A DNA stretch of 64,000 bases, taken from an uncultured delta proteobacterium. Its GTDB lineage: Bacteria; Myxococcota_A; Polyangia; Palsa-1104. The stretch is from assembly GCA_963785725.1 (NCBI GenBank), contig CAWAWS010000026.1, positions 160,001-224,000 on the forward strand, read 5' to 3'. The notes under the pieces were generated by a model. That model saw nothing but the letters and a program-made list of their open reading frames with translations, did not search any database and was not told the DNA's origin. Numbering within the stretch: the first letter of the stretch is position 1; every line of letters begins with the position of its first letter. Made by a program: the position numbers and the translations under genes. Of the stretch, positions 46,852-56,356 are shown piece by piece.

Positions 46852-47487
46852 ATGAAGCTGTATGAGATCTACACCAGCATCCAAGGCGAGACGCATTACG
46901 CCGGCTTGCCTTGCACGCTCGTGCGTTTCGCGGCCTGCGATCTGCGCTGCACTTACTGCGACACCGAGTACGCGTTCACCGGCGGGCAAGAGGTCAGCCT
47001 CGCCAACATCGTCGCCGACGTCGAGTCGCGCGGCGTGCCGCTGGTGCTGTTGACCGGCGGCGAGCCGCTCTTGCAGCCGGAATTGCCGGCGCTGTGCTCG
47101 GAGCTCCTGTCGCGCGGCTTCGAGGTCATGATCGAGACCGGCGGCCATCGCGACGTGTCGAAGCTGCCGGCGGGCGTCGTGCTCATCGTCGACGTCAAGA
47201 CGCCGGGCTCGGGCGAGAGCGAGAAGATGCACTGGGCCAACTTGGAGCGCCTCGGCCCGCGCGACGCCGTCAAGTTCGTCGTCTGCAGCGAGTCGGACTA
47301 CGAGTGGGCGCGCGAGCTCATCACGTCGCGCGCGCTCGGCGGTCGCTGCAACGTGCTCCTGTCGCCGTCGTTCGGTCAGGTGGCGCCTCAGCTGCTCGTC
47401 GAGTGGATGCTGCGCGACAAGGTGCCGGCGCGCTTGAACCTGCAGATCCACAAGTACGTCTGGCCGCCCGAGCAGCGCGGCGTTTAA
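46852..47487 (+). CDS. queE: 7-carboxy-7-deazaguanine synthase (radical SAM)
   Basis: EIYTSIQGE, CDLRCTYCDT, TGGEPLLQ, IETGG, QIHKYVW. Confidence 0.88.
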   Translation: MKLYEIYTSIQGETHYAGLPCTLVRFAACDLRCTYCDTEYAFTGGQEVSLANIVADVESRGVPLVLLTGGEPLLQPELPALCSELLSRGFEVMIETGGHRDVSKLPAGVVLIVDVKTPGSGESEKMHWANLERLGPRDAVKFVVCSESDYEWARELITSRALGGRCNVLLSPSFGQVAPQLLVEWMLRDKVPARLNLQIHKYVWPPEQRGV

Positions 47488-47696
47488 ACGCGCACGAAAT
47501 AGCGCACCGGACGGCGTGCGAGACGCAACCCGTGACCGCGATCACGAGAACGAGCCAAGGCGCATACGCCCGGGAACGTAGCACGCGACCAAATGCTCAA
47601 ACGTGAGCGGCCTCACCGCGCGCAAGAAGTGAACAGCGCGCAGCCATTGGGCTTTGCAGGCAACGCGCGAGTGTGAGCGCCCTATCATTTCAGGGG

Positions 47697-47730
47697 TTGA
47701 CACGTCGCCGATGTGGGTGTTACGGTTTCG
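47697..47730 (+). promoter_or_regulatory. Sigma70-type promoter for the tgl-like operon
   Basis: TTGACA followed by an extended -10-like TGTTACGGT. Confidence 0.45.
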
Positions 47731-47738
47731 TTGCTAAG

Positions 47739-48572
47739 TTGCCGAAAGTATTGGGACAGACGCTTCGGGTTGGATGTGTGGCGCTCTGCGTCGTGCTTGG
47801 CTGTGCTACGCCGCATACCCGAGTCGACCCCGATGCGTCCTACAAGCGGTACCTGCTCGGCGCCGACTATTTCAACAAAGGTCTGGTCGGTCCGGCGCTG
47901 GAGGAGCTGTTGAAGGCGGTCGAGCTCAATCCCGACAATCCCGATGCCCATAACCTCTTGGGGCTCGTGTTTCTGCGCAAAGGCGCGGAATCGGAGGAGC
48001 TTTCGATCCGCAACCAGTGCTTGAAGGGTGAAGAGCTAAAGCTCGAGAAACAAGAGGGAGACGGGCAGTTCAAGAAGGCCGAGGAGCAGTTCGCCAAGGC
48101 CATCGCGCTCAAGGCCGATTTCTCGGAAGCGCGAAACAATCTGGCCGTCGTCATGATCCATTTCGGGCGCTACGAAGAGGCGGCGCAGCTCGAGGAAAAG
48201 GCGGTCTCCAACATCGTCTATCACGAGCCGTTCGTGGCCCAAGGCAACCTCGGCTGGGCCTATCTCGAGAAGCACGACTATGCGCGGGCGGCCAAGGCGC
48301 TGCGGCAGGCGCTGTTCGAGCAGCCCAAGTTTTGCGTCGGTCGTTACCGGCTGGCGAAGGTCTACTACGAGACGCAGGAGTGGGAGCGCGCGAGCGACGA
48401 GCTGGAGCAGGTCGTCGGCGACAAGGCGTGCCCGATTCAAGAGGCTTATCAGCTCGCCGGACTGGTGGCATTGCGGCGCGAGCAGCGCGACAAGGCGAAG
48501 GCGCTGTTTGCCCGCTGCGTCGAGCTGGCGCCGCGCAGCTGCCTGGCCGCCGAGTGCAAATTGGCGCAGTGA
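47739..48572 (+). CDS. tgl: TPR lipoprotein, Tgl/PilF-like type IV pilus pilotin
   Basis: Lipobox VLGC; TPRs (AHNLLGLV, FSEARNNLA, AQGNLGWAY, PKFCVGRYRLAKVY); Cys-rich C-terminus; followed by a RodZ-like HTH gene. Start uncertain. Confidence 0.72.
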   Translation: MPKVLGQTLRVGCVALCVVLGCATPHTRVDPDASYKRYLLGADYFNKGLVGPALEELLKAVELNPDNPDAHNLLGLVFLRKGAESEELSIRNQCLKGEELKLEKQEGDGQFKKAEEQFAKAIALKADFSEARNNLAVVMIHFGRYEEAAQLEEKAVSNIVYHEPFVAQGNLGWAYLEKHDYARAAKALRQALFEQPKFCVGRYRLAKVYYETQEWERASDELEQVVGDKACPIQEAYQLAGLVALRREQRDKAKALFARCVELAPRSCLAAECKLAQ

Positions 48573-48591
48573 GTGAGCGCGGAATAGACTA

Positions 48592-49056
48592 ATGAGGCAG
48601 GAAGCGACGGAATCTACGATGGACCTCGAGCACTTCGGCACGTTCTTGCGCAAGCAGCGCGAGGCGCGTGGGCTTTCGCTCACGGAGCTCAGCCGTGCGA
48701 CGAAGATAAAAGAGTCCAATCTCGTCGCGCTGGAAGACGCGCGGCTCGACGCGCTGCCGGCGCGCGTGTTCGTCGTCGGCTACGTCGGCGCGTATGCGCG
48801 CGCGGTCGGCGCCGACGTCGGCGAGGCGATGGCGCGCCTCGAGTTGGTGTCGCCGGCGTGCATGATCGAGATCGGCGAGTGCATGCCCAAAGTCGTCGCC
48901 CGCGCGCCGCAGGCCTACGACGAGACGAGCGGCGGCCTGCACGAGCGGCGCCGCGTCGGCGTGGCGCTCGTCGTGTTCTTGCTGCTGATCGTCGCGACGC
49001 TGACGCTGTCGCTGCTCCTGCGCCACGGCGGCCACGTCGGCGGCCCGCTGTCGTAA
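48592..49056 (+). CDS. RodZ-like HTH protein with a C-terminal TM helix (short form)
   Basis: FGTFLRKQREARGLSL..LSRATKIK...LE...LPARVFVVGYVGAYARAVG, then one TM helix. Confidence 0.82.
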   Translation: MRQEATESTMDLEHFGTFLRKQREARGLSLTELSRATKIKESNLVALEDARLDALPARVFVVGYVGAYARAVGADVGEAMARLELVSPACMIEIGECMPKVVARAPQAYDETSGGLHERRRVGVALVVFLLLIVATLTLSLLLRHGGHVGGPLS

Positions 49057-49060
49057 CTGA

Positions 49061-49193
49061 AGCTAATTCGAGCTAATCGAGCGCGCAAAGCGCGCGTCGG
49101 CCGGAGTCCGGCCGCGGGAGGATCAACTGGCTTTGCCAGTTGAGGTGCGCTTGCGCCCTGTCGATCGAAGCGTAAATCAGCGGTGCTGATTTA
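49061..49193. repeat. Cluster of five short perfect palindromes between convergent genes (REP-like or structured element)
   Basis: GCGCGC-aaa-GCGCGC; CGGCCGGA-g-TCCGGCCG; TCAACTGGC-ttt-GCCAGTTGA; GCGC-tt-GCGC; TAAATCAGC-ggt-GCTGATTTA. Confidence 0.7.
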
Positions 49194-49739
49194 CGCCGCG
49201 CGATAGAGCTGGTTGAAGTCGCTCTTCAGGACGGCGAGCACCAGCCGCTCCGAGAGCTCTTCGAGCGTGAACTCGATGCGCTTGAAGTCGATGGTCATGC
49301 GCAGCTGGACCTTGCCGTCTTTGGCGTAGCCTTCGACGCGCAAGAGGAAGCGCCGCAGGTTCTCGCCGACGCCGACTTGTCCCGCGCCTTCGATGATGAA
49401 GACGTCGGGCTTGCCGCTGCGGCCCATCGCGTTCAAGGCCAGCGTCAGCTCGCCACCGACGCGGCTGAAGGTGCAGCTGAAGTCGCCGTTCAAGTTGGTG
49501 TCGCGCGCCGCCAGCGCCACCGACTCGCGCCACACGAGGCGCTTCTGCGGATCGGCCGCCGAGTTGAAGCGCCGCACGTTCTCGCGCAAGAGGCCGCACA
49601 GCTCGAAGAAGCGCTCGGGCATCTCCTTGGCGACTTTGCCCGAGAGCTCGACGCGCTCGTTCATGGCTCGGGCGCGCTCGCGCTCGGCGTCCGCTTCGCG
49701 ACGAGCGACGTCCTCGATCGTCTCGCGTTTCTCCCCCAT
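49191..49739 (-). CDS. Hypothetical cytoplasmic protein
   Basis: 182-aa ORF with protein-like composition and gene-like codon bias. Confidence 0.7.
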   Translation of the reverse strand: MGEKRETIEDVARREADAERERARAMNERVELSGKVAKEMPERFFELCGLLRENVRRFNSAADPQKRLVWRESVALAARDTNLNGDFSCTFSRVGGELTLALNAMGRSGKPDVFIIEGAGQVGVGENLRRFLLRVEGYAKDGKVQLRMTIDFKRIEFTLEELSERLVLAVLKSDFNQLYRAA

Positions 49740-49785
49740 GGCTTAGTGGTATCACGAACGGAAAACTGAGGTAAGCTCAGCGGCC

Positions 49786-50538
49786 ATGCGTCTGGTCACG
49801 CCGGCGATCGTGCTGCGCACCGTCGACTACGGCGACTCCGATCGGATCGTGACCCTGTTCACGCGCGACGCCGGCAAGCTCTCGGCCTTGGCACGCGGCG
49901 CCCGCAAGAGCGTCAAGCGCTTCGGCGCCGGCCTCGGCCTCTTTGGCGTCGGCGAGGCCATTTTGATCGACAAGCCGAACGCCGAGCTGTCGGGGCTCGA
50001 GCGCTTCGACGGCGCGCGCGGCTTTCCGTCGCTGATGCTCGACGTCGCCAAGGTCGCGCACGGCAGCTACGCCTGCGAAGTGGTGCGCGAGCTGATTCCG
50101 CAACGCCATCCCGAGCCCGACGTGTTCGAGCTGCTCATCGACTTCTTCACGCTCTTGGAAGGCGCGCCGGCACGCGCGGAGACGCTGCGCATCTTCGAGC
50201 TGACGTTGCTCGACATGTTGGGGCTGCGGCCGCAGATCGAGCGCTGCGTCGGCTGCGAGACCGAAGCTCTGGGCGCGCCCGGCGACGTGCTCGACGTGCG
50301 CCGCGGCGGCGTCGTCTGCGCCGGCTGCCACGGCCACGGCCGCGCCATCGGCGACGACGTGCGTCGCGCGCTCGTCGAGGCGCAGGCGCGCATGCTGTCG
50401 GAAGCGCCCGCGTTCGTGCTGTCGCCGGCGGTCAACGCCGGCTGTCGCGAGCTGTTGGCGGCGATCATCTTGGATCACGTGGGGCGGCCGCTGAAGTCGC
50501 TCGAGTTCATCAACAAGCTCAACCACGCCGGCGCCTGA
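49786..50538 (+). CDS. recO: DNA repair protein RecO
   Basis: AIVLRTVDYGDSDRIVTLFTRDAGK...ARGARKS; Zn finger CVGC...GGVVCAGC; LKSL. Confidence 0.95.
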   Translation: MRLVTPAIVLRTVDYGDSDRIVTLFTRDAGKLSALARGARKSVKRFGAGLGLFGVGEAILIDKPNAELSGLERFDGARGFPSLMLDVAKVAHGSYACEVVRELIPQRHPEPDVFELLIDFFTLLEGAPARAETLRIFELTLLDMLGLRPQIERCVGCETEALGAPGDVLDVRRGGVVCAGCHGHGRAIGDDVRRALVEAQARMLSEAPAFVLSPAVNAGCRELLAAIILDHVGRPLKSLEFINKLNHAGA

Positions 50539-50541
50539 CCG

Positions 50542-51498
50542 ATGACGACGCGCGATCTCGACGTCTTGTGCTTCGGTGAGGCGCTCGTCGACTTCTTTCC
50601 CGAGCGGCCGGGCTTGGTGCTAGAGGAATGCGAGGTCTTTCATCGGCACCTCGGCGGCGCGCCGGCCAACGTCGCGGTCGGCCTGGCGCGGCTCGGTGCG
50701 CGCGCCGGCCTGATGACGCTCGTCGGCAACGACGCGTTCGGCCGCTTCGTGCGCGATCGGCTGGCGCAAGAAGGCGTCGACGTGCAAGGCGTCGGCGTGC
50801 ATCGCACGGCGCGCACCGGCGTCACCTTCGTCAGCGTCGGCGCGCACGGCGAGCGCAGCTTCCTCTTCTTTCGCCATCCGTCGGCCGATCAGACGATCGC
50901 GATCCACGACGTGAACGAGGCGATCATCGCGCGCACGCGGGTCTTGCACGTCGGATCGTCGACGCTGGCGCGCGAGCCGTCACGCGCCGCGACGCTGCAG
51001 GCGATCGCGCTGGCGAAGCGTCACGGCTGCCTCGTCTCGACCGATCCCAACTGGCGGCCGCATTTGTGGGAGAACCCGGCGGAAGCGGCGCCGATGCTGC
51101 GCACGCTCGTCGCGCAGTGTGACGTCGTCAAGATCAGCGACGACGAGCTGGCGCCGCTGACGGGCGTCGACGATCCGGAAGCGGGCGCGGCGCAGCTGCG
51201 GGCGCTCGGCTGTCCGCTCGTCGTCGTGACGCTGGGCGCGCGCGGCTGTTACGTCGCGTCGGCCGCCGGCGGCGAGTGGCTGCCGGGCGAGCGCGTCGCG
51301 GTCGTCGACACGACCGGCGCCGGTGACGGCTTCGTGGCTGGCCTGTTGGTGACGCTGGCGCCCCTCTTCGCCGGCGGTCGCACGCCGGCCGATTTGACGC
51401 GCGACGAGATCCGCAACGCCTGTCGCCGCGGGAATGAAGTCGGCGCCGCCGTCGTTACCAAGCTGGGCGCCACGACCGGTTTGCCCGCGCGCTCGTGA
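50542..51498 (+). CDS. PfkB-family carbohydrate kinase (fructokinase-like)
   Basis: GEALVD, GGAPANVA, DPNWRPHLW, DTTGAGDGF. Confidence 0.93.
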   Translation: MTTRDLDVLCFGEALVDFFPERPGLVLEECEVFHRHLGGAPANVAVGLARLGARAGLMTLVGNDAFGRFVRDRLAQEGVDVQGVGVHRTARTGVTFVSVGAHGERSFLFFRHPSADQTIAIHDVNEAIIARTRVLHVGSSTLAREPSRAATLQAIALAKRHGCLVSTDPNWRPHLWENPAEAAPMLRTLVAQCDVVKISDDELAPLTGVDDPEAGAAQLRALGCPLVVVTLGARGCYVASAAGGEWLPGERVAVVDTTGAGDGFVAGLLVTLAPLFAGGRTPADLTRDEIRNACRRGNEVGAAVVTKLGATTGLPARS

Positions 51499-51519
51499 TT
51501 TCGTGCTACAGCGTCGTGC

Positions 51520-51771
51520 GTGAATCATCGTGAGCAGCTCCAAGAGCTGAACCTGGCGCTGGAAGGCGCGGTCGAGCAGCTGTCGCGCGCGCACGCCAAC
51601 GCCGTCGACGCGCCCGCGGCGCCCGAACCGGCGACGCCCGAGTCGTTGGCGACGTTGGCCACAATCGAACGCTTGCTCGGCGAGCTCAGCGTGCTACGAA
51701 ACAGCGTTCGCGAGCGTCTCATGAAGGAGCTGAGCAAGCCGACAGCTCCAACGATGACCATATTGAAGTGA
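51520..51771 (+). CDS. Small hypothetical helical protein
   Basis: 83-aa ORF packed in the operon, ending 1 nt before the next ATG. Confidence 0.55.
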   Translation: MNHREQLQELNLALEGAVEQLSRAHANAVDAPAAPEPATPESLATLATIERLLGELSVLRNSVRERLMKELSKPTAPTMTILK

Positions 51772-51772
51772 C

Positions 51773-53209
51773 ATGGCCGCCCAATCGAAATTCAAGACCC
51801 AGGTCAAAGTAGAGGATCCGCGCGCGCGCGATCGGCTGTTCGACGCGCTCAAAGAGCGGGCGCGCGGCCGCACCGAGATGGTCAAGGTGACCCAGGCCGA
51901 TGCCGTGGCGTTGACCGGCATGCCGAGCGAGCAGGCCGAGCCGGCGCTGAAGTCGCTCGTCGGCACCTATCGCAGCCACCTGGCGGTAACCGAAGAGGGC
52001 GAGCTCGTCTACGAGTTCGATCCGTCGCTCGAGCGGCGCGACAAGGTGCCGCTGTCCGAGCGGCTGCGCAAAGTCGGCGAGGTCGCCTGGCAGGGCTTTC
52101 AGCTGTTCTTCAAGCTGGCCATCGTCGTGACGTTGATCGCGTACGTCGTCGCGTTCGTGGCCATGGCCGTGTCGCTGATGGTGGCCAAGCAGGGCAACGA
52201 CCGCGACGATCGCCGTGGCGGCGGCGGCGGGGGAATTCCCTGGATTTGGTTCTGGCTGATGCCCGATTTGGCGCCGCCCGGCTACTACCGCGACGGTTAC
52301 GGGCGGCCGATTCGGCAGGCGCCCAAGTCGCAAAAGCGCTTCTACAACTCGGTGTTCGACTTCGTCTTCGGTCCGAAGGTGGCGCCGGTCGACGCGCGCG
52401 CCGAGGACAAGCAGCTGCTGGCGTTCTTGCGCGCGAACAAGGGGCGCATGACGGCGGCGGAGCTGAGCGCGCTCGGGGGCACGTCGCTGGCCGGCGCCGA
52501 AGAAGAGCTGACGCGCTTGATGATCGAGTATGACGGCGAAGTCGAAGTCGCCGATGACGGCACGCTCTTGTACGTGTTCGAGACGCTGCGGCCGAGCGCG
52601 CAGCTCGAGAGCGGTCGCATGCCGACGTGGGCGTGGTCGTGGGATCAGCCGGATCCGCTGCCGTCGCTGACCGGCAATACGCCGGGCGCGAACGCGGCCA
52701 CGGCCGGCTTCTCGGCCTTCAACCTGCTGGCGTCGCTGACGATCGGGCCGGCCTTCTTGGCGCGCTTTCGGCTCACCGACGATCCGGTGGCGACGTTCTT
52801 CGTGACGCTGTTTCCGCTGCTGTTCTCGGCGGTCTTCTTCGCGGTGCCGGCGGCGCGTTGGCTGGTGCGGCAGCGCAAGCTCAAGACGCGCGAGAAGCGG
52901 CAGCTGCGAAGGGCGCTCATGCGCGAAATTTGGTCGGCGCCGGCGACTCCGCGCGATCCCGACGAGCTGGCGACGCTGGCTGCGGCCGCGACGGGCCTGC
53001 CGCAGGCGAACGCGCGCGCCATGGTCGAGGGGCTCCTGAAGGAGCTCGAAGGCGACGTCACGACTGACGCCAACGGCAAGCCGCAGTATGTGTTCCCGCG
53101 GCTCGACGAGGAGCAGCGCGCGGTGACGAAGGCGCGCGCCGAGGCGCCCGATCGGCGCTTGGGCGAGGTGATCTTCTCGTCGGACGACAAGGAGCCGGTG
53201 CGTGGCTGA
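51773..53209 (+). CDS. Membrane protein with three internal helix/beta-hairpin repeats
   Basis: Repeated motif: HLAVTEEGELVYEF / GEVEVADDGTLLYVF / GDVTTDANGKPQYVF, separated by TM segments. Confidence 0.75.
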   Translation: MAAQSKFKTQVKVEDPRARDRLFDALKERARGRTEMVKVTQADAVALTGMPSEQAEPALKSLVGTYRSHLAVTEEGELVYEFDPSLERRDKVPLSERLRKVGEVAWQGFQLFFKLAIVVTLIAYVVAFVAMAVSLMVAKQGNDRDDRRGGGGGGIPWIWFWLMPDLAPPGYYRDGYGRPIRQAPKSQKRFYNSVFDFVFGPKVAPVDARAEDKQLLAFLRANKGRMTAAELSALGGTSLAGAEEELTRLMIEYDGEVEVADDGTLLYVFETLRPSAQLESGRMPTWAWSWDQPDPLPSLTGNTPGANAATAGFSAFNLLASLTIGPAFLARFRLTDDPVATFFVTLFPLLFSAVFFAVPAARWLVRQRKLKTREKRQLRRALMREIWSAPATPRDPDELATLAAAATGLPQANARAMVEGLLKELEGDVTTDANGKPQYVFPRLDEEQRAVTKARAEAPDRRLGEVIFSSDDKEPVRG

Positions 53210-53750
53210 CCCGTGGCAGCGGCGGGGCAAGTCGCGCGTCACCGACACGGTCATCTTCAACGTCGATCGCCATCGGCTGGTGCATCCGCGTCACGGCACC
53301 GAGCACGACTTCTTCATCCTCGACGCGCCCGACTGGTGCAACATCGTGCCGCTGACGCGCGATGGTCACGTGGTCATGGTGCGGCAGCGACGGCACGGCA
53401 TCGACGAGGAGACGCTGGAGTTGCCGGGCGGCATGATCGATCCCGAGGATCCGTCGCCGCTGGAAGGCGCGCGGCGCGAGCTGTTGGAAGAGACCGGCTA
53501 TCGCGCGGCGAGCGTCGAGGCGCTGGGCTCGATCGCGCCCAATCCGGCGATGCAGAACAATCGCTGCTGGTCGTTCTTGGCGCGTGACGTCGAGCGTGTG
53601 GCCGACCTTGAGCTCGACGGCTGCGAGGACATCGACGTCGTGCTCGTGCCGTACGCGGAGATTCCGGCGCGGATCGCCCGCGGCGAGATCGCGCACGCGC
53701 TCGTCGTCGTCGCCTTTGCTTACGCGCTCGGGCTGCGGCCGCCGGCCTGA
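53202..53750 (+). CDS. NUDIX hydrolase (ADP-ribose pyrophosphatase-like)
   Basis: LELPGGMID...GARRELLEETGY Nudix box. Confidence 0.92.
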   Translation: MADPWQRRGKSRVTDTVIFNVDRHRLVHPRHGTEHDFFILDAPDWCNIVPLTRDGHVVMVRQRRHGIDEETLELPGGMIDPEDPSPLEGARRELLEETGYRAASVEALGSIAPNPAMQNNRCWSFLARDVERVADLELDGCEDIDVVLVPYAEIPARIARGEIAHALVVVAFAYALGLRPPA

Positions 53751-55345
53751 ACCAGCGCCTCGATCTGCTTGACGAAGCTGCGCGGGTCGAGCGGCTTTTT
53801 GACGAGCAGATCGACGCCGCGACGACGGATTTCGCCCGAGTCGAGGTTGAGCCCCCAGCCGGTGATGAGCGCGATGGGCACCGTCGGCGCCGCTTTTTTG
53901 ATCGCGCCCGCGACCTCCCAGCCGTCGAGATCGGGGAGGCCGAGATCGGTCAGCACGACGTCGAAGCGGCCGGGGGCGAAGGCGCCGATGCCGGCGGCGC
54001 CGCAGTCGGCGGCTGTGACCTCGAAGCCGGACAGCGACAAGAGGGTGGCGATCGCTTCGCGATTGTCGGCGTCGTCTTCGACGAGCAGCACGCGGCGGCC
54101 GGAGGTCGCGACGGGCGCGGCACCGGGAGCGGTCGCGGCGTGGACCGGGTGCGCGACGACGGCGATGGGCAGGCGGATGCGAACGGTCGTGCCGTGGCCG
54201 ACGCGGCTGTCGAGATCGATGATGCCGCCGTGACGACGGACGATGCCCCAGGCGACCGAGAGGCCGAGTCCTTGGGCGCGCGGGCGCGTCGTGAAGAACG
54301 GATCGAAGGCGCGGCGACGGACGATGGGCGACATGCCGGCGCCGGCGTCGCGGACGACGAGCGTCACGTGGTCGCCGCCGGCGCCGAGCCCGAGCGTGAT
54401 GACGCCGGAGTCGCCGCTGGCCTGCAGCGCGTTGTCGCCGAGCTCGCGCAAGAGCTCGCCCAGCTCGCCGGCGGTGCCGAGGACGAGCGCCGCGTCCGAG
54501 CTCAGGGCGCCGAGGTCGACGTCGACGCGCACGCCGAGCGGCACGCGCGTGCGCAGGTCGGCGGCGGCCGCGGCGACGAGCGCGGGCAGGGCGACGGGCT
54601 CGAAATCGCGGTCGCGACGCTGGCCGCTGAACTCTTGGACACGCTGGGTCGTGGCCGCGCCGGCCAAGGCCACGGCGCGCAAGCGATCGAGCGCGGCCGT
54701 CGCCGGTGGCGAGTCGCCGACGAGGGCCACGAGCGCGCCCGTCTGCGCCAAGATCGCGTTGAGCACGTTGTTGAAGTCGTGGGCGATGCCGAGGGCCATG
54801 TCGCCGAGGGCGCGCATGCGTTCGGAGCGGACGAGCTGGTCGTGCTCGCGCTCGGCCGGGCCGGCGCCGGCGAGCGGCTCACGCGGCGCGCGCAGGCGAC
54901 GCAGGGCGTGACCGAGGCCGACGCCGAGGATCGCGAGATCGACGGCATCGATGGGCGCGTCGTCGGTGCGCGCGAACAGCGCCAGCACGCCGACGGCGGG
55001 ATCGGCGACATCGAGCGGTGCCAAGTCGACGCGCGCGAAGCCGGCGCCGTTGGCCCACGCGTGCAGCCGATCGATGCCGGCGGCTTCGAGCGTTCCCGGC
55101 AGATCGTCGGGCAGATCGAGCGTCAGGCCGTCGGCGGCCAAGCGCTCGGCGGCGGCGCGATCGGGGCCGTCATCGCCGCGGCCGACGAAGAGCGCGGCGG
55201 CGGCGACCTCGAGCTCGGCGCGTGCGGCTTGGCAGGCGCGCTGCGCCAAGTGCTCGGCCGACGTCGCGTCGGCGAGCGCGCCCAAGATGCGCGCGACGCC
55301 GCGGGCGCGCATGAGCGGCGTCGACGACGGCTGCGACGAGGACAT
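53720..55345 (-). CDS. Cytoplasmic hybrid histidine kinase (GAF-like, HisKA, HATPase, REC)
   Basis: GIAHDFNNVL, DAGAGM, FDPFFTT, GLGL; receiver LLVEDD, LTDLGLPDLDG, KP. Confidence 0.9.
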   Translation of the reverse strand: MSSSQPSSTPLMRARGVARILGALADATSAEHLAQRACQAARAELEVAAAALFVGRGDDGPDRAAAERLAADGLTLDLPDDLPGTLEAAGIDRLHAWANGAGFARVDLAPLDVADPAVGVLALFARTDDAPIDAVDLAILGVGLGHALRRLRAPREPLAGAGPAEREHDQLVRSERMRALGDMALGIAHDFNNVLNAILAQTGALVALVGDSPPATAALDRLRAVALAGAATTQRVQEFSGQRRDRDFEPVALPALVAAAAADLRTRVPLGVRVDVDLGALSSDAALVLGTAGELGELLRELGDNALQASGDSGVITLGLGAGGDHVTLVVRDAGAGMSPIVRRRAFDPFFTTRPRAQGLGLSVAWGIVRRHGGIIDLDSRVGHGTTVRIRLPIAVVAHPVHAATAPGAAPVATSGRRVLLVEDDADNREAIATLLSLSGFEVTAADCGAAGIGAFAPGRFDVVLTDLGLPDLDGWEVAGAIKKAAPTVPIALITGWGLNLDSGEIRRRGVDLLVKKPLDPRSFVKQIEALVQAGGRSPSA

Positions 55346-55398
55346 GAACGGGCACGGTAACGCGGCCGGCGCGCGCGTTCAACTTCGGCGCGTGTGAT

Positions 55399-56049
55399 TT
55401 AGACGCGCAGGTACGTCGTCAAGAGGCGCGCGATCTCGTCGATGAAGGCGTCGCTGGTGGCCTCGGCCGGCCGGTCGGCGAAGGCGGCGTGAATGACGGC
55501 GTGCACCGCGGTTCCCGCGACCCACAGCGCGAGCTCGGCGTGCTTGCGGCGCCCGCGCATGCTCGCGACCCAGCCGGCGCCCAGCTCGGCGAGCGCCTGG
55601 TCGGCCTCGGTCGCGATGGGCCGAAGGCCGAGGCGGGCGCCTTCCTGCGTGAAAACCCGGTGCAGGTCGGGCGCGACCGAGTGCTGTGCGACGAGCGCGA
55701 CGACCATGCGGCGCACGGTGCGCGCGGCGCTGGCGCGTTCGCCGGCGGGCTTCGCGTCGGCCACGCGCAGCGCGGCCAGCATGGCGCCGCGGCTCTCGGC
55801 CACGTGCTGCCGATAGAGCTCGGCGAAGATGGCCTCTTTGTTGGGGAAATATTGGTAGAGCGAGGCGATGTTGACGCCGGCGCGCTCGGCCACGCTGTTG
55901 GTCGTGAAGGCGTCGTAGCCCTGGCGCACCAAAATGTAAGCCGCGGCTTGCAGGATGGCTTCGACGGTGGCGCGCGATCGCTCCTGACGCGGCGATTTTC
56001 GCTTCTCAATCGGCTGGCGCTTCCTCTGGGCGGGCATGCAAGTAGACAT
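55399..56049 (-). CDS. TetR/AcrR-family regulator
   Basis: RKSPRQERSRATVEAILQAA, TTNSVAERAGVNIASLYQYFPNKEAI. Confidence 0.93.
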   Translation of the reverse strand: MSTCMPAQRKRQPIEKRKSPRQERSRATVEAILQAAAYILVRQGYDAFTTNSVAERAGVNIASLYQYFPNKEAIFAELYRQHVAESRGAMLAALRVADAKPAGERASAARTVRRMVVALVAQHSVAPDLHRVFTQEGARLGLRPIATEADQALAELGAGWVASMRGRRKHAELALWVAGTAVHAVIHAAFADRPAEATSDAFIDEIARLLTTYLRV

Positions 56050-56071
56050 AACGTAAGCGTTAACTTACGTT
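56050..56071. promoter_or_regulatory. Probable TetR operator
   Basis: Perfect inverted repeat AACGTAAG-N6-CTTACGTT abutting the tetR start in a divergent intergenic gap. Confidence 0.6.
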
Positions 56072-56092
56072 TTGCAAAGGAGGAAGCGGCAC

Positions 56093-56356
56093 ATGGACAT
56101 CTTAGGGACGTTTTTCATTGGCTTACTGGTGGGCTTCGTGGCGCGCGGGCTGCATCGCGGCGAAGACAAGATGGGCATCTGGGCGACGAGCTTGCTCGGC
56201 ATCGGCGGGTCGGCCATCGCGACGTTCGGCGGCCAGGCGCTGCACGTGTATCGCGCCGGCGAAACGGCGGGATTCGTGGGTGCGACGCTGGGCGCCGTCG
56301 TGCTGTTGGTCATCGGCAACGTGCTCCGGCGCGTGCGGCAATCTCCGCAAGGTTGA
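56093..56356 (+). CDS. GlsB/YeaQ/YmgE (transglycosylase-associated) membrane protein
   Basis: AGGAGG RBS; IGLLVGFVAR...LLGIGGSAIATFGG...GFVGATLGAVVLL. Confidence 0.88.
   Translation: MDILGTFFIGLLVGFVARGLHRGEDKMGIWATSLLGIGGSAIATFGGQALHVYRAGETAGFVGATLGAVVLLVIGNVLRRVRQSPQG

Noticed and set aside
49061..49193. tRNA or CRISPR reading of the hairpin cluster
   Set aside because: Loops are too small for a tRNA, there is no T-loop or CCA, and no repeated unit.
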